Shown here piece by piece: positions 40,828-51,363 of a stretch of DNA of 64,000 bases. Within the stretch, counting starts at the first letter, position 1; each line of letters begins with the position of its first letter. This stretch comes from Alphaproteobacteria bacterium. GTDB lineage: Bacteria > Pseudomonadota > Alphaproteobacteria > Rs-D84 > CACZYB01. Both the position numbers and the translations under genes were made by a program. Below the pieces are notes generated by a model that did no database searches, was not told the origin of the DNA, and was given only the letters and a program-made list of their open reading frames with translations. Where the stretch lies: the NCBI GenBank assembly GCA_017938435.1, contig JAGBBO010000037.1, positions 1,616-65,615 on the forward strand. Reading direction: 5' to 3'.

Positions 40828-41637
40828 TTATGCTACTTTTTTTAGATTTTTTTCTTCATTTTTTGTTAAAAATTCAGCTGCTAAATTTATATATGCTTGA
40901 CTTCCCATACAATCTAAATCATATAAAATAACAGGTTTTCCATGTGATGGAGCTTCTGAAATTCTTACGTTTCTTGGTATAATTGTTTTGAAAACAAGTT
41001 CACCAAAACAACTTCTAACATCTTTTTCAACAAGTTCAGAAAGTTTATTTCTTCTATCATACATAGTAAGTAAAACACCTTCAATTTCCAGTTCTTTATT
41101 AAAATTTTGTTGAACTAATTGTATAGTATTCATAAGATGGCTTACACCTTCCAATGCAAAAAATTCACATTGTAAAGGTATCATTACTGAATCCGAAGTA
41201 CATAATGAATTAAGTGTTAAAAAACCAAGTGCTGGTGGACAATCTATTAAAATATAATCATATTTTGATAAAAATTGATTTTTTTCAAACAAAGATCTTA
41301 ATTTCAAAGTTTTCTCTTCCATATTAGCTAAATCTATTTCTGCAGCAGAAAGATCAATAGAAGCTGGAATTACATCTAAATTTTTTATTTTTGTTTGTTT
41401 TATTACTTCATTAAAACTATTTTTTTCAAAAAGAAGAGTGTATATATCTTGACTTCTTTCATTTTGTTCAATTCCAAGACCTGTACTTGCATTTCCTTGA
41501 GGATCAAAGTCTATAACTAAAACTTTTTTATCTATAGTTGCAAGTGCAGTTGCTAAATTTATAGCAGTTGTCGTTTTTCCAACCCCGCCCTTTTGATTGG
41601 TTATTGAAATTATTTTTGTATTTTGAAATATACTCAT
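40828..41637 (-). CDS. parA: Chromosome partitioning ATPase ParA
   Basis: NQKGGVGKTTT, DPQGNAS, IDCPP.LG, PLQCEFFALEG, IPRNVR.SEAPSHG. Confidence 0.96.
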   Translation of the reverse strand: MSIFQNTKIISITNQKGGVGKTTTAINLATALATIDKKVLVIDFDPQGNASTGLGIEQNERSQDIYTLLFEKNSFNEVIKQTKIKNLDVIPASIDLSAAEIDLANMEEKTLKLRSLFEKNQFLSKYDYILIDCPPALGFLTLNSLCTSDSVMIPLQCEFFALEGVSHLMNTIQLVQQNFNKELEIEGVLLTMYDRRNKLSELVEKDVRSCFGELVFKTIIPRNVRISEAPSHGKPVILYDLDCMGSQAYINLAAEFLTKNEEKNLKKVA

Positions 41638-41807
41638 ATTTCCTCCTAATAATTTTTTCTATATTTTAAATATAAGTTTTTTTAGAATCTATTGCAAGAA
41701 ATATTTTACTTTTTATTTTTAAATATTTAAAAATTTATAAAAAATCTATAAAATATTGAAAATTTTTAAAAATTAACTTATTGATTTTACTTAAAAATAG
41801 TTAAAAT

Positions 41808-41823
41808 TGTTTCACGTGAAACA
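41808..41823. promoter_or_regulatory. parS centromere site
   Basis: Perfect palindrome TGTTTCACGTGAAACA, between rsmG and parA. Confidence 0.92.
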
Positions 41824-41857
41824 TTTTTATTGAAAAATAAAATTTTTGTATAAAAGT

Positions 41858-42415
41858 TTATTTTTTAGAAATATTTGAAATTTTTATGATAAAACCATTT
41901 TGTTTTTTAAATAAATCATAATCAAAATTCCAGTCATTTTTTGATTCAATAATTTCTTTATTTATATTTTCACCTTTAAGAAGATACATTTCTGTTTTAT
42001 CATAAATTATATTTTCACAAAGATTTAAAAATTTATCTAGTGGAGCAAATGCTCGTCCTATTATTGTATCAGCTTTTAAATTTATATTTTCAACTCTATC
42101 ATTTATAATTTTACAATCTAGATTATATTCTTTTTTTATTTCATTAAGAAAAAAACATTTTCTTTCATCTGATTCAATAAAAGTTATATTTTTAATTCCA
42201 GCTACACTTAAAACCATACCTGGAAAACCTCCACCACTTCCTATATCGAATATGTTATTTTTATCCTTTATATAATTATAAAGATTAAGACTATCTTTAA
42301 AATGTCTTTCCCAAACACAAGGGATTGTTTTTGGACTAATAAGATTTATGGCTTTTTGCCATTTTAAAAGAATTTTTATATAATTTTCAAAATTTTCTTT
42401 TTTAAATTCAGTCAT
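41858..42415 (-). CDS. rsmG: 16S rRNA m7G527 methyltransferase RsmG (GidB)
   Basis: W...INL, W.RH..DS, DIGSGGGFPG, ES..RKC.FL, RAFA, LKG. Confidence 0.93.
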   Translation of the reverse strand: MTEFKKENFENYIKILLKWQKAINLISPKTIPCVWERHFKDSLNLYNYIKDKNNIFDIGSGGGFPGMVLSVAGIKNITFIESDERKCFFLNEIKKEYNLDCKIINDRVENINLKADTIIGRAFAPLDKFLNLCENIIYDKTEMYLLKGENINKEIIESKNDWNFDYDLFKKQNGFIIKISNISKK

Positions 42416-42488
42416 TTTTTTTATGCTTTTTTTTAAACCTTTTTTGTGGTATAATACATATTATATATAATAGAGGGATATAATAAAA

Positions 42489-44213
42489 ATGCAAAATAAA
42501 AAAGTACAAAATATTTTTTCTTTAGTTTTTGTGTCGGGTTTTATTTGTTTTTTATCTATGAGTAATATTTTTGAAAACTCAAAAAATACTGTAAAAACAA
42601 TAAAATATAAAAAAATAGAGAATTTATCAGAAAATAAGTATGGTCTTTTTTTATCAAGTTTACATGCTGATATTGTTGGTGATTTTCCAACATTATCATC
42701 AAATTATTTTGAAGCAGTTAAGCAAAATAATAGTGATTTTTTAGGTAAGCAATTAGTTTTGAAATCTATATCTGGTAATAAAAAAGATAATTTGACTTTT
42801 GCATTAAAAGAGTATGAAAAAAATAAGGAAAATATTATCCCTGTGATGTATCTTGCAAATGATTATTTTATAAAAGGTAATTATAAAAAAGCATATAGTC
42901 TTTATAGTAATATGAAAAAAAAGTCAGATACATTTATTATAAAACTTTTACGTTCGTGGGTTTTAATTGCTGATAAAAAATATGATGATGCACTTGATCT
43001 TCTTGAAACAGAAATTGATAATCCTGCATTTCGAAAATATGTTTTAATGCACCTTGGTGCACAGGCTGAAATTGCAAATGATGATGAATATGCTGATGAA
43101 CTTTACACCGAAGTTTTAGAAAATGAAAAAGCAAATATTTTTGATATTGAAAATATTACAGCTTTTTACTTAAGAAAAAATGATAGAAAAAAAGCTATTG
43201 AAGTTTTAAAAAAATATTATGAAAAAACGCCGGATTCAATATCTGTTTTATCTTTATTAAGTAAAGTTAAAAAGAATACATATAAACCAGTTTCTGTTGA
43301 TACAGCAAAAAAAGGTATGGCAAAAGCATTATTTGATTTATCTTTTATTTTAAGTTCTGTATTTACATCAAGTCAGGATTTACATTTAATGTATCTTTAT
43401 ATGATAAATGATTTATGGCCGGATTTTTATATGGCAAATATTGTTCAAGCTGAAATTTATAAAAAATATAATAATACACAAATGGTTTATAAATATTTAG
43501 ATAGTATTCCTGAAAATCATTATTTATATCTTATTTCAAAAATAAATAAAATATTTTATGACTTTTCATCTTTGAAAAAAGAAAAAGAATCACTGGAATC
43601 TATCAAAAATCTTATTGAAAAATATCCTACTTATACACATCTTTATATTAAACTTGGCCACTATTATCATGATATTAAAAATTATCAAAATGCATTAGAT
43701 AATTATTTAAAAGCATTATCTTTAACTGAAAATAAAATGTTGCAATCAAATTTATACTATCTTTGTGCTCAAATTTATGATGAAATGAAAAATTTAGAAA
43801 AGGCTAGGGTAAATTTTGAAAAATCTTATGGTTTAGGGAATAGGGCGCCTGACTTTTTAAATTATTATGGTTATTTTCTTATTTCAAACGATTTAGATTT
43901 GGATAATGGTGTTTTGATGGTTGCAAGTGCAGTAACAAAAGAACCATCTAATTCTTATTATCTTGATAGTTATGGTTGGGCATTATTTAAGTTAGGTGAT
44001 TTTGATAAGGCAATTACCGTTTTACAATTTGCAAAAAGTTTACAACCTAAAAATCCTGTTATTGCAGATCATTTAGGTGATGTTTATTGGAATTTGAATC
44101 GTAAAAGAGAAGCTGTTTTTGAGTGGAAAAAAGCGTTAAGTTTAAAAGATTTTCCTAACCAAGAACCGGTTAATTTTAATAAAATTGAATATAAAATAAA
44201 TTATGGATTGTAA
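42489..44213 (+). CDS. Tetratricopeptide repeat protein
   Basis: LNY.GY, YLDSYGW..F..G, DHLGDVYW...R.REA..EW. Confidence 0.85.
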   Translation: MQNKKVQNIFSLVFVSGFICFLSMSNIFENSKNTVKTIKYKKIENLSENKYGLFLSSLHADIVGDFPTLSSNYFEAVKQNNSDFLGKQLVLKSISGNKKDNLTFALKEYEKNKENIIPVMYLANDYFIKGNYKKAYSLYSNMKKKSDTFIIKLLRSWVLIADKKYDDALDLLETEIDNPAFRKYVLMHLGAQAEIANDDEYADELYTEVLENEKANIFDIENITAFYLRKNDRKKAIEVLKKYYEKTPDSISVLSLLSKVKKNTYKPVSVDTAKKGMAKALFDLSFILSSVFTSSQDLHLMYLYMINDLWPDFYMANIVQAEIYKKYNNTQMVYKYLDSIPENHYLYLISKINKIFYDFSSLKKEKESLESIKNLIEKYPTYTHLYIKLGHYYHDIKNYQNALDNYLKALSLTENKMLQSNLYYLCAQIYDEMKNLEKARVNFEKSYGLGNRAPDFLNYYGYFLISNDLDLDNGVLMVASAVTKEPSNSYYLDSYGWALFKLGDFDKAITVLQFAKSLQPKNPVIADHLGDVYWNLNRKREAVFEWKKALSLKDFPNQEPVNFNKIEYKINYGL

Positions 44214-44214
44214 T

Positions 44215-46224
44215 TTATTTATAATTATAAGCATCAGAAAAACTTGTATGTTCAATATCTTCTATTGGTAATTCCTGTAGAAATATAGAAGGTATGTTTT
44301 GTTGCCATTGTCCAAAAACTAATCTGCTTCCTGCATAATATATTTCCACAATTTTTTTTGCCCTTGTTATTCCAACATACGCAAGTCGTCTTTCTTCTTC
44401 AACGGAACTTCCTAATTGATCACCCATAGATTTTTCATTCGGAAATATTCCCATTTCCCAACCAGGTAAAAATACAATATCAAATTCCAAACCCTTTGCT
44501 GCATGAAGAGTCATCAATGAAACATATTCAGTATTTTCTATGGTTGCTTGATTACTTTCTGTAAATAAAGTTATATATTCCAAAAATTCAGGTATAGATT
44601 CAAAGTCGGATTTTATTATACCCATCAATTCCATTATATTTTGAACTTTTGTTTCTGCTTCTACTTTTTTTGAGTTTTGCCACATTTCAAAATAACCGGA
44701 TTCATGTATTATATGTTCCACAAGTTGTGCTTGGTCCATAACTTTATTTGTTTCAAAAAGATTATCACTTTTTCCACTATAAATCATTCTCCATTTATAA
44801 AAATCATCTATAAATTTTTGAAGATTTAAACTGGCTTTTCCTGTTATTTGTTTTGATTTTAACATACGATCGGTTGCTTCGAACAATGAAACTTTGTTAA
44901 TTCTCGCATATTCAGATATAGCCTGTAGTGTTCTTTCGCCAACACCTCTTTTTGGAACATTTATTATTCTTTCAAAGGAAAGGTTATCTTGTGGATAAAT
45001 AAGAAGTCTTAGATATGCGATTATATCCTTTATTTCTTGTCTTTCATAGAATCTTAATCCACCAACAATTTTATATGGAATTCCTGCCCTTATCAATTTT
45101 TCTTCAAAAAGACGGGTTTGATAACCGGCACGAACTAAAATAGCCATTTCAGATAAAGAATAATTATGTCTTTGGTAATATTCTATTTCATCAACTATTT
45201 CTAATGCTTCTTCTTCACCATTCCAAACACCATGAACCTGTATTTTTTTACTATCAGGATCTGCAAGCATAGCAGAACAAGGTTTAAGTTCTTTTCCAAG
45301 TCTATCTTTATTTCTTGAAATTAAACATGACGCAGCCCTAAGAATATGTGGAGTAGAACGATAATTTGTTTCAAGCCTTATGATTGTTGCATTATCAAAA
45401 TCTTTTTCAAATCTTAAAATATTTTCAATTTCAGCACCACGCCATGAATAAATAGATTGATCATCATCACCAACACAACAAATATTATGATGAAAGTCAG
45501 AAAGTAATTTTAAAAGTTTATATTGAACGGCATTTGTATCTTGATACTCGTCAACAAGAATATATTTAAATTTTTGTTGAAATTCTTGTAAAATAACCGG
45601 ATTCTTTTCGAAAATCATAAGTGGATATAGTAATAAATCACCAAAATCCACAGCGTTTAACTCCTTTAATTTTTCTTGATATACGCGATAAACTTCCAAA
45701 AGTCGGCCATTTATTGTATCAACATCAATCATTTTGATATTTTCATCATCAAAATAATATCCCTTATCTTTTAATCTTGCGATATTGTCTAATACAATGG
45801 CAGGCGACCATTTTTTTGTATCAATTCTAAGTTCTTCTTCCATTACCTTTTTAATCAATACTTTTTGGTCATTTTCATCATAAATAATAAAGTTAGGTTT
45901 AAGTCCTACTAATGCAGTGTATCTTTTTAAAATTTTAAGTCCAATAGAATGAAAAGTTCCAATCCATAAACTTTCAGCACCATCACCAATGATATTTTTA
46001 ATACGGCTTTTCATTTCATTTGCAGCTTTATTTGTAAAGGTGACTGCTAAAATTTGCCATGGTAAAGCCAGTTGTTTTGAAATAATATATGCAATTCGTG
46101 ATGTTAAAACCCTTGTTTTTCCAGTTCCAGCACCAGACAAAACTAATAATGGACCTTCTGTTGTTTCAACAGCAGTCCTTTGTTCAGGGTTAAGTTTATT
46201 AAGCCATTCTGGAACTATATTCAT
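44215..46224 (-). CDS. uvrD: UvrD/PcrA ATP-dependent DNA helicase
   Basis: GAGTGKT, TFTNKAA, VDEYQDTN, GDDDQSIYSWRGA, TLHAAKGLEF, EERRLAYVGITRA. Confidence 0.95.
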   Translation of the reverse strand: MNIVPEWLNKLNPEQRTAVETTEGPLLVLSGAGTGKTRVLTSRIAYIISKQLALPWQILAVTFTNKAANEMKSRIKNIIGDGAESLWIGTFHSIGLKILKRYTALVGLKPNFIIYDENDQKVLIKKVMEEELRIDTKKWSPAIVLDNIARLKDKGYYFDDENIKMIDVDTINGRLLEVYRVYQEKLKELNAVDFGDLLLYPLMIFEKNPVILQEFQQKFKYILVDEYQDTNAVQYKLLKLLSDFHHNICCVGDDDQSIYSWRGAEIENILRFEKDFDNATIIRLETNYRSTPHILRAASCLISRNKDRLGKELKPCSAMLADPDSKKIQVHGVWNGEEEALEIVDEIEYYQRHNYSLSEMAILVRAGYQTRLFEEKLIRAGIPYKIVGGLRFYERQEIKDIIAYLRLLIYPQDNLSFERIINVPKRGVGERTLQAISEYARINKVSLFEATDRMLKSKQITGKASLNLQKFIDDFYKWRMIYSGKSDNLFETNKVMDQAQLVEHIIHESGYFEMWQNSKKVEAETKVQNIMELMGIIKSDFESIPEFLEYITLFTESNQATIENTEYVSLMTLHAAKGLEFDIVFLPGWEMGIFPNEKSMGDQLGSSVEEERRLAYVGITRAKKIVEIYYAGSRLVFGQWQQNIPSIFLQELPIEDIEHTSFSDAYNYK

Positions 46225-46314
46225 AATAAAATCTTCTTTTACTTTGTTTTACATCTGTTCTATTATATAAAAAATAGTAAAATTTTCAATAGAAAAATAA
46301 AAGCATAGTTTTTA

Positions 46315-47100
46315 CTATGCTTTATTTAATATCTCTTTAAATCCTTTATTTGATATTTCATAACAGTATTTAGCCAGTTCTTTTCTGTCTTTAAATTTTG
46401 TAATATCAACAGGGTTATGAACTATTACTTCCATAGTAAATGGTGTATGTTTCAATACATTAAATAAATGTTCACCCAAAGTTTGTTCTTTTATATACCA
46501 TGCGTAATTATGTCTTTCTTCATCAGAAAGTTTTTTCTTTCCTTCATAGACATAAGCAATAGATATTGGTTGAACCATTATTGGATTATCTATTTTTTTA
46601 CCGAATTGATTTTCAAACATAGCAAACAAAGAACTTTTAAAATGAAGAACTTCATTTCCATCAGTTGATGTTCCTTCTGGAAAAACAACTACTGGAATTT
46701 TTCGTTTTTCCAGTTCTTTTTCCATAAAATCAACTTCTTTCATTGCTTTCATTTTGTTTCTAGAAATATATACAGTGTTTCCAAATGTTGCAAGCAAACC
46801 AAAAATAGGCCACTTTTTAACATCTTCCTTTGAAATAAAGTTTACAAGAAATTTTGAACCTAATCCAAAAATATCAAGGTATGATGCATGGTTTGATACA
46901 ATAAGGGTATTTCCTTTTTTTTCTATTTTACCTTTTATAACCCTCGTTTTCATACCAATTATAAAACAGAAAATCTTGAAACAAGCCCTATTATAATAAG
47001 GAGCAAGAGGTGTTTTATATACAACAATCAATAATGGAATTACTAAAAATAAAAGCAAAACAAAAGATACTATTCTTAAATAGGCAATAATAGCTTTCAT
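46315..47100 (-). CDS. Lysophospholipid acyltransferase (PlsC/OlsA family)
   Basis: NHASYLD, FPEGT, FKSS. Confidence 0.9.
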   Translation of the reverse strand: MKAIIAYLRIVSFVLLLFLVIPLLIVVYKTPLAPYYNRACFKIFCFIIGMKTRVIKGKIEKKGNTLIVSNHASYLDIFGLGSKFLVNFISKEDVKKWPIFGLLATFGNTVYISRNKMKAMKEVDFMEKELEKRKIPVVVFPEGTSTDGNEVLHFKSSLFAMFENQFGKKIDNPIMVQPISIAYVYEGKKKLSDEERHNYAWYIKEQTLGEHLFNVLKHTPFTMEVIVHNPVDITKFKDRKELAKYCYEISNKGFKEILNKA

Positions 47101-47113
47101 AATTTATTCCTTT

Positions 47114-47581
47114 TTATTCCTTATTTGCAGGAGCAGTATTTTGTGTATTCACAGCTTGTTTTACTTCAACCTTTGAAAAATCAACAGGAGCAAGAATAAA
47201 TGGAGGGAAACCACTTTCTCTTGTAAGGTCAGCAACTATACTACGAGCGAAAGGAAATAAATATGCTGGTACTTGTTTAAGTAATATATTTGTATTTTCT
47301 TCATTATTATTTTCAGCATTAAGTGCAACCATAGAGCTGTATGAAAGTTCAATAAAGTATAAAATTCCTTCTTTTATTGAATTTTTAACAGTTAAATGAA
47401 TATTTACTTCAAAAAGATGTTCCCCAGCAGGAGCAGATTTTATATCGAATCCAACTTCTGCATTTGGTTTTTCCTCTATCTTTTCGAAAAAGATTCTTGG
47501 TGAATTTGGTGCTTCAAAAGATAAATCTTTTACAAATTGGTTTAAAATTTCAAATTTTTTAATGTTTGTATTTTCTGTCAT
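47114..47581 (-). CDS. secB: Protein-export chaperone SecB
   Basis: QFVKDLSFEAP, P..LFPFAR.I....T...GFPP..L.PVDF. Confidence 0.92.
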   Translation of the reverse strand: MTENTNIKKFEILNQFVKDLSFEAPNSPRIFFEKIEEKPNAEVGFDIKSAPAGEHLFEVNIHLTVKNSIKEGILYFIELSYSSMVALNAENNNEENTNILLKQVPAYLFPFARSIVADLTRESGFPPFILAPVDFSKVEVKQAVNTQNTAPANKE

Positions 47582-47662
47582 TTTAATTTTCCTCTTTAAA
47601 TTTGATTTTTTATACATTATATATTATATATAATATGTAACAAAAACAAGAAAATTTTTAAA

Positions 47663-48331
47663 GTGGATATTATTATGAGTCAGATAAGTTATTATGATGT
47701 GATAGTTTTAGTTTTGTTTACAATAGTTTCTTTTTCAATATATAAAATGTTGAAACCTGAAAATGTTGAAGAAAATGCAAACCCATTTGCAAAAAAAACT
47801 ATAAAAGCATCTAAAATGGTTAAACTTTTCAAAAATAAAAAAGCATTACAAAATTTTGTTTTTGAAACCCTTAAAAATGAAAGTTTAGATATAAAAGTTC
47901 AAAAATTATCAAAACTTGATAAAACCTTTGAACCACAATCTTTTATGTCTTGGGCAAGGGATAATTTTGAATATATATTCAAATCTTTTTATTCTAATCA
48001 TAACGAAAAACTTAAATTAAAACTTTCTAATGATGTATATAAAGAATTTGAAAAATTTAATAACGAACTTTCTTCTAAAAAACAATCTATTAACGCAGAA
48101 ATTGTTCGTTTTAAAACTATTATGATAAAGGATGTTAATTTATTTAAAAAACAGGCCAATGTAACAGTTGAATTTGTGACTGAACAAACTGCTGTTGTTA
48201 AAGATTCGACTGGAAAAATCTTAAAGGGAGATGATAATCAAATAGAAACAATAACTGATATTTGGTGTTTTTCAAAAGATTTTTCATTAAAAAATCCGGC
48301 ATGGATTTTAACTAAAACAATAGAAGCATAA
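47663..48331 (+). CDS. Tim44/TimA-like protein
   Basis: D..F....F...A...F, V.V.F..EQ......G....G, D.W.F, P.W.L; divergent from secB. Confidence 0.8.
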   Translation: MDIIMSQISYYDVIVLVLFTIVSFSIYKMLKPENVEENANPFAKKTIKASKMVKLFKNKKALQNFVFETLKNESLDIKVQKLSKLDKTFEPQSFMSWARDNFEYIFKSFYSNHNEKLKLKLSNDVYKEFEKFNNELSSKKQSINAEIVRFKTIMIKDVNLFKKQANVTVEFVTEQTAVVKDSTGKILKGDDNQIETITDIWCFSKDFSLKNPAWILTKTIEA

Positions 48332-48345
48332 AAAGGTAGGGTATT

Positions 48346-48528
48346 ATGTTATTTGAAAAGAAAATTACACTTGGAAGTTCACGAAGAAAACAATCTTTTT
48401 CAAAAAAGAAAATTTTTGGTTTGATTCTTTTTATAGTAATAGTATTTCTTTCTATTTGGCAAATGCCATTAAAACAAACAGAAGTATCTGAAAATATTGC
48501 ATTACCAAAGCCAATAGAAATAAAATAA
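48346..48528 (+). CDS. Small single-TM hypothetical protein
   Basis: 60-aa ORF with an RBS and one TM segment. Confidence 0.55.
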   Translation: MLFEKKITLGSSRRKQSFSKKKIFGLILFIVIVFLSIWQMPLKQTEVSENIALPKPIEIK

Positions 48529-48606
48529 TTTATCTTTTTTTTCTATTTACATTATTGTTTTCCTATGGTAAATTTTTAACATATTAACTCCAAAAGGAAA
48601 ATAAAA

Positions 48607-49176
48607 ATGGCATATACAAATTTTTCAGAATTAAAAACAGAATTGTCTGTTAAAATGACAAAGGCTGTTGATGTTTTAAAACGCGATTTATCAGGTCTTC
48701 GCACTGGTCGTGCGTCTGTTAATCTTCTTGATAATATTATGGTTATGGCTTATGGCGCACCAACACCAATAAACCAAGTTGCAAGTATTTCTACACCAGA
48801 AGCAAGACTTATTTGTGTATCTGTATGGGATAAATCTTTGGCATCAGCTGTTGAAAAGGCAATTCGTGATTCAGATTTGGGTTTAAATCCTGCATCTGAT
48901 GGAACATTGGTTCGTATTCCAATACCTGCACTTACCGAAGAAAGAAGAAAGGAACTTTCAAAGATTGCAAGTGGTTATACCGAACAAACAAAAGTTTCAA
49001 TTCGTAATGTTCGTCGTGATGGTATGGAAGCTGTTAAATCTATGGAAAAAGAAAAACTTATTTCCGAAGATGATAGAAAATCATACGAAGATGAAATTCA
49101 AAAATTAACTGATTCTACTGTTGCAGAAGCAGAAAAACTTTTCGAAGAAAAACAAAAAGATATTATGACTATATAG
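48607..49176 (+). CDS. frr: Ribosome recycling factor
   Basis: LRTGRA, LGLNP..DG, P.LTEERRKEL, IRNVRRD. Confidence 0.97.
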   Translation: MAYTNFSELKTELSVKMTKAVDVLKRDLSGLRTGRASVNLLDNIMVMAYGAPTPINQVASISTPEARLICVSVWDKSLASAVEKAIRDSDLGLNPASDGTLVRIPIPALTEERRKELSKIASGYTEQTKVSIRNVRRDGMEAVKSMEKEKLISEDDRKSYEDEIQKLTDSTVAEAEKLFEEKQKDIMTI

Positions 49177-49189
49177 TTGGAGGTTTTTT

Positions 49190-49900
49190 ATGGAACAAGA
49201 GTTAAAGATTCCAAATCATGTTGCTATTATTTTGGATGGTAATGGTCGTTGGGCAAAGAAAAAGGGTTTACCCCGAACTGTTGGTCATGTAAATGGTATG
49301 AAGGCTGTGCAACGAACTATTGCTGCATGCCAAAAGTTTGGTATAAAAACCTTGACTGTTTACGGTTTTTCAACTGAAAATTGGTCCCGACCAAAAGAAG
49401 AAGTCGATTTTTTGATGAAACTTCTTTTGAGACATTTAATCAATAAGGCAAATAAAATTATTGAAAATAAAATTCGTTTTGTTGTTTTAGGTGATAAGTC
49501 AAGATTTTCTCCAGAAATTCAAAATGCAATGAAAAAGCTGGAATCTGATACAAAAGATTTTACCGAATTTACATTTAATGTCGCTTTGAATTACGGTGGC
49601 CATGCTGAAATAGTAAAGGCAACGAAAGAAATTGCTCAAGATGTAAAAGATGGTAAAATATCCATTGATGATATTGATGAAAAAATCTTTGAATCTCATC
49701 TTTATACACACGATCAATTACCTCCTGATTTAATTATAAGGACCAGTGGCGAACAAAGATTAAGCGGATTTTTGCTTTGGCAATGTTCTTACTCTGAATT
49801 TTACTTCCCACAGGTTCATTTCCCTGATTTTAATGAGGAACAATTAAAAATTGCAATACAAGAATATTCAAAAAGAGATAGACGCTATGGAAAAGTTTAA
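49190..49900 (+). CDS. uppS: Undecaprenyl diphosphate synthase
   Basis: HVAIILDGNGRWA, FSTENWSRP, IRTSGEQRLSGFLLWQ. Confidence 0.97.
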   Translation: MEQELKIPNHVAIILDGNGRWAKKKGLPRTVGHVNGMKAVQRTIAACQKFGIKTLTVYGFSTENWSRPKEEVDFLMKLLLRHLINKANKIIENKIRFVVLGDKSRFSPEIQNAMKKLESDTKDFTEFTFNVALNYGGHAEIVKATKEIAQDVKDGKISIDDIDEKIFESHLYTHDQLPPDLIIRTSGEQRLSGFLLWQCSYSEFYFPQVHFPDFNEEQLKIAIQEYSKRDRRYGKV

Positions 49901-50744
49901 AAATTTTTTTACAAAAACAAATAAAAGATTAAGAATTACAACAGCTGTTATTATGTTGGGTATAGCTTATCTTTTTTCTATGTTTGGTTTTATTGGAATT
50001 TGTTCATTAGTTCTTCTTATAAGTTCGCTAATGATTTATGAATTTAATAAACTTTTTAATCCAAAATTGGGTTTTAAATTCATTTGGGATGAAATAAGTA
50101 TCCTTGGGGTTTTAATTTTATTCTGTTTAAATAGAATATTTTTTCACGCTCCTAACTATTATTTTTCATTTGCCTTGGTCGGACTTTTCTGTTCATCAAT
50201 GCTTGCAAACATAGCATCTGATAAAAAACACTGGGTTTTGGAAAGTATTACACCTATTTATATAGGTTTTGGTGTAATGTCTATTTTATATGCCTATCTT
50301 TATTCAAGTATTATGGCTATTATTTATATGTTCATTATTACTATTTCAACAGATACAGGTGCATTTTTTATAGGGTCAGCATTAGGTGGTCCAAAACTTT
50401 GGGTTCGTATTAGTCCGAAAAAGACATGGAGTGGTGCTATAGGTGGTGTCCTTTGTGCATTTGCTTTTGGAACAACTTTTATATTAAATCTTCTTTGGAA
50501 TGATAATACTGCAGATTTTACAAATTTATCTATTTGGGGTGCGATAAGTTTAATGCTTTCGTTCTGTTCACAATGTGGTGATTTGTTTGAATCATGGTTA
50601 AAACGCATTAACGGAATAAAAGATTCAAGTAATCTTATCCCTGGACACGGTGGTTTCCTTGATAGATTTGATAGTATATTATTTGTAGCTCCAATTTTCG
50701 CACTTATTCTTGCATTTGCAAAGGTTGGATTTTTAGGGTTATAA
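49887..50744 (+). CDS. cdsA: Phosphatidate cytidylyltransferase
   Basis: DTGAFF.G, ISPKKTW.G, GDLFES..KR..GIKDS..LIPGHGG.LDRFD. Confidence 0.95.
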   Translation: MEKFKNFFTKTNKRLRITTAVIMLGIAYLFSMFGFIGICSLVLLISSLMIYEFNKLFNPKLGFKFIWDEISILGVLILFCLNRIFFHAPNYYFSFALVGLFCSSMLANIASDKKHWVLESITPIYIGFGVMSILYAYLYSSIMAIIYMFIITISTDTGAFFIGSALGGPKLWVRISPKKTWSGAIGGVLCAFAFGTTFILNLLWNDNTADFTNLSIWGAISLMLSFCSQCGDLFESWLKRINGIKDSSNLIPGHGGFLDRFDSILFVAPIFALILAFAKVGFLGL

Positions 50745-50805
50745 TAACAATATTTACAATAAAAAAGCCTCCCAAATGGGAGGTATTTTTTTATAAAGCC
50801 GGTTT

Positions 50806-50961
50806 TTATTTTGTTTTTAACCTTCTATCCTTCATAATCTTATTATTCACTTTTATTACCAAAGAGGTATCAGTAAATTTTGTTGGGTGCTTTTTTAATT
50901 CTTCCAACGCTTTTTTATAATATAGATTTATTTCTTCTTCGGTTAGTTTTATTTGCTTCAT
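50806..50961 (-). CDS. Small hypothetical protein
   Basis: ATG at 50961 immediately after the upstream stop; 51 aa. Confidence 0.5.
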   Translation of the reverse strand: MKQIKLTEEEINLYYKKALEELKKHPTKFTDTSLVIKVNNKIMKDRRLKTK

Positions 50962-50962
50962 A

Positions 50963-51340
50963 TTATCTTTCTCTTCTAAATTCTTTTTTGCAATACACAC
51001 AATAATTAAAGATGTTTTTATATCTGCAATACTCGTTATCAAAAGAAAGTTTACAATTTTTTACTGCTTTGAATAATATATCAATCTTTTCTTCTTGAAT
51101 TTTTGAGTATTCTCTCGAATTTATAGGAGGCATAGCATTATTTAAATCATAGATTCCTTTTTTTATACAAAGATTACAACCAAATCTACTATCCAAATTA
51201 ACACTTCCTGCACATTTACCATTTTTAAAATTAGGACAAGAATTTTTGTAATTTTCTATGATGCTTCCTTCTTTTTTTCTTATTTCATAATCTTCAACTA
51301 TGCTATTTATTTCTATTTCTGATAATCTATCTTGTTTCAT
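50963..51340 (-). CDS. Cys-rich hypothetical protein
   Basis: AAGGA RBS; eight Cys including two CxxC pairs. Confidence 0.65.
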   Translation of the reverse strand: MKQDRLSEIEINSIVEDYEIRKKEGSIIENYKNSCPNFKNGKCAGSVNLDSRFGCNLCIKKGIYDLNNAMPPINSREYSKIQEEKIDILFKAVKNCKLSFDNEYCRYKNIFNYCVYCKKEFRRER

Positions 51341-51363
51341 TTTTATTTCCTTTTTACTTTTAT

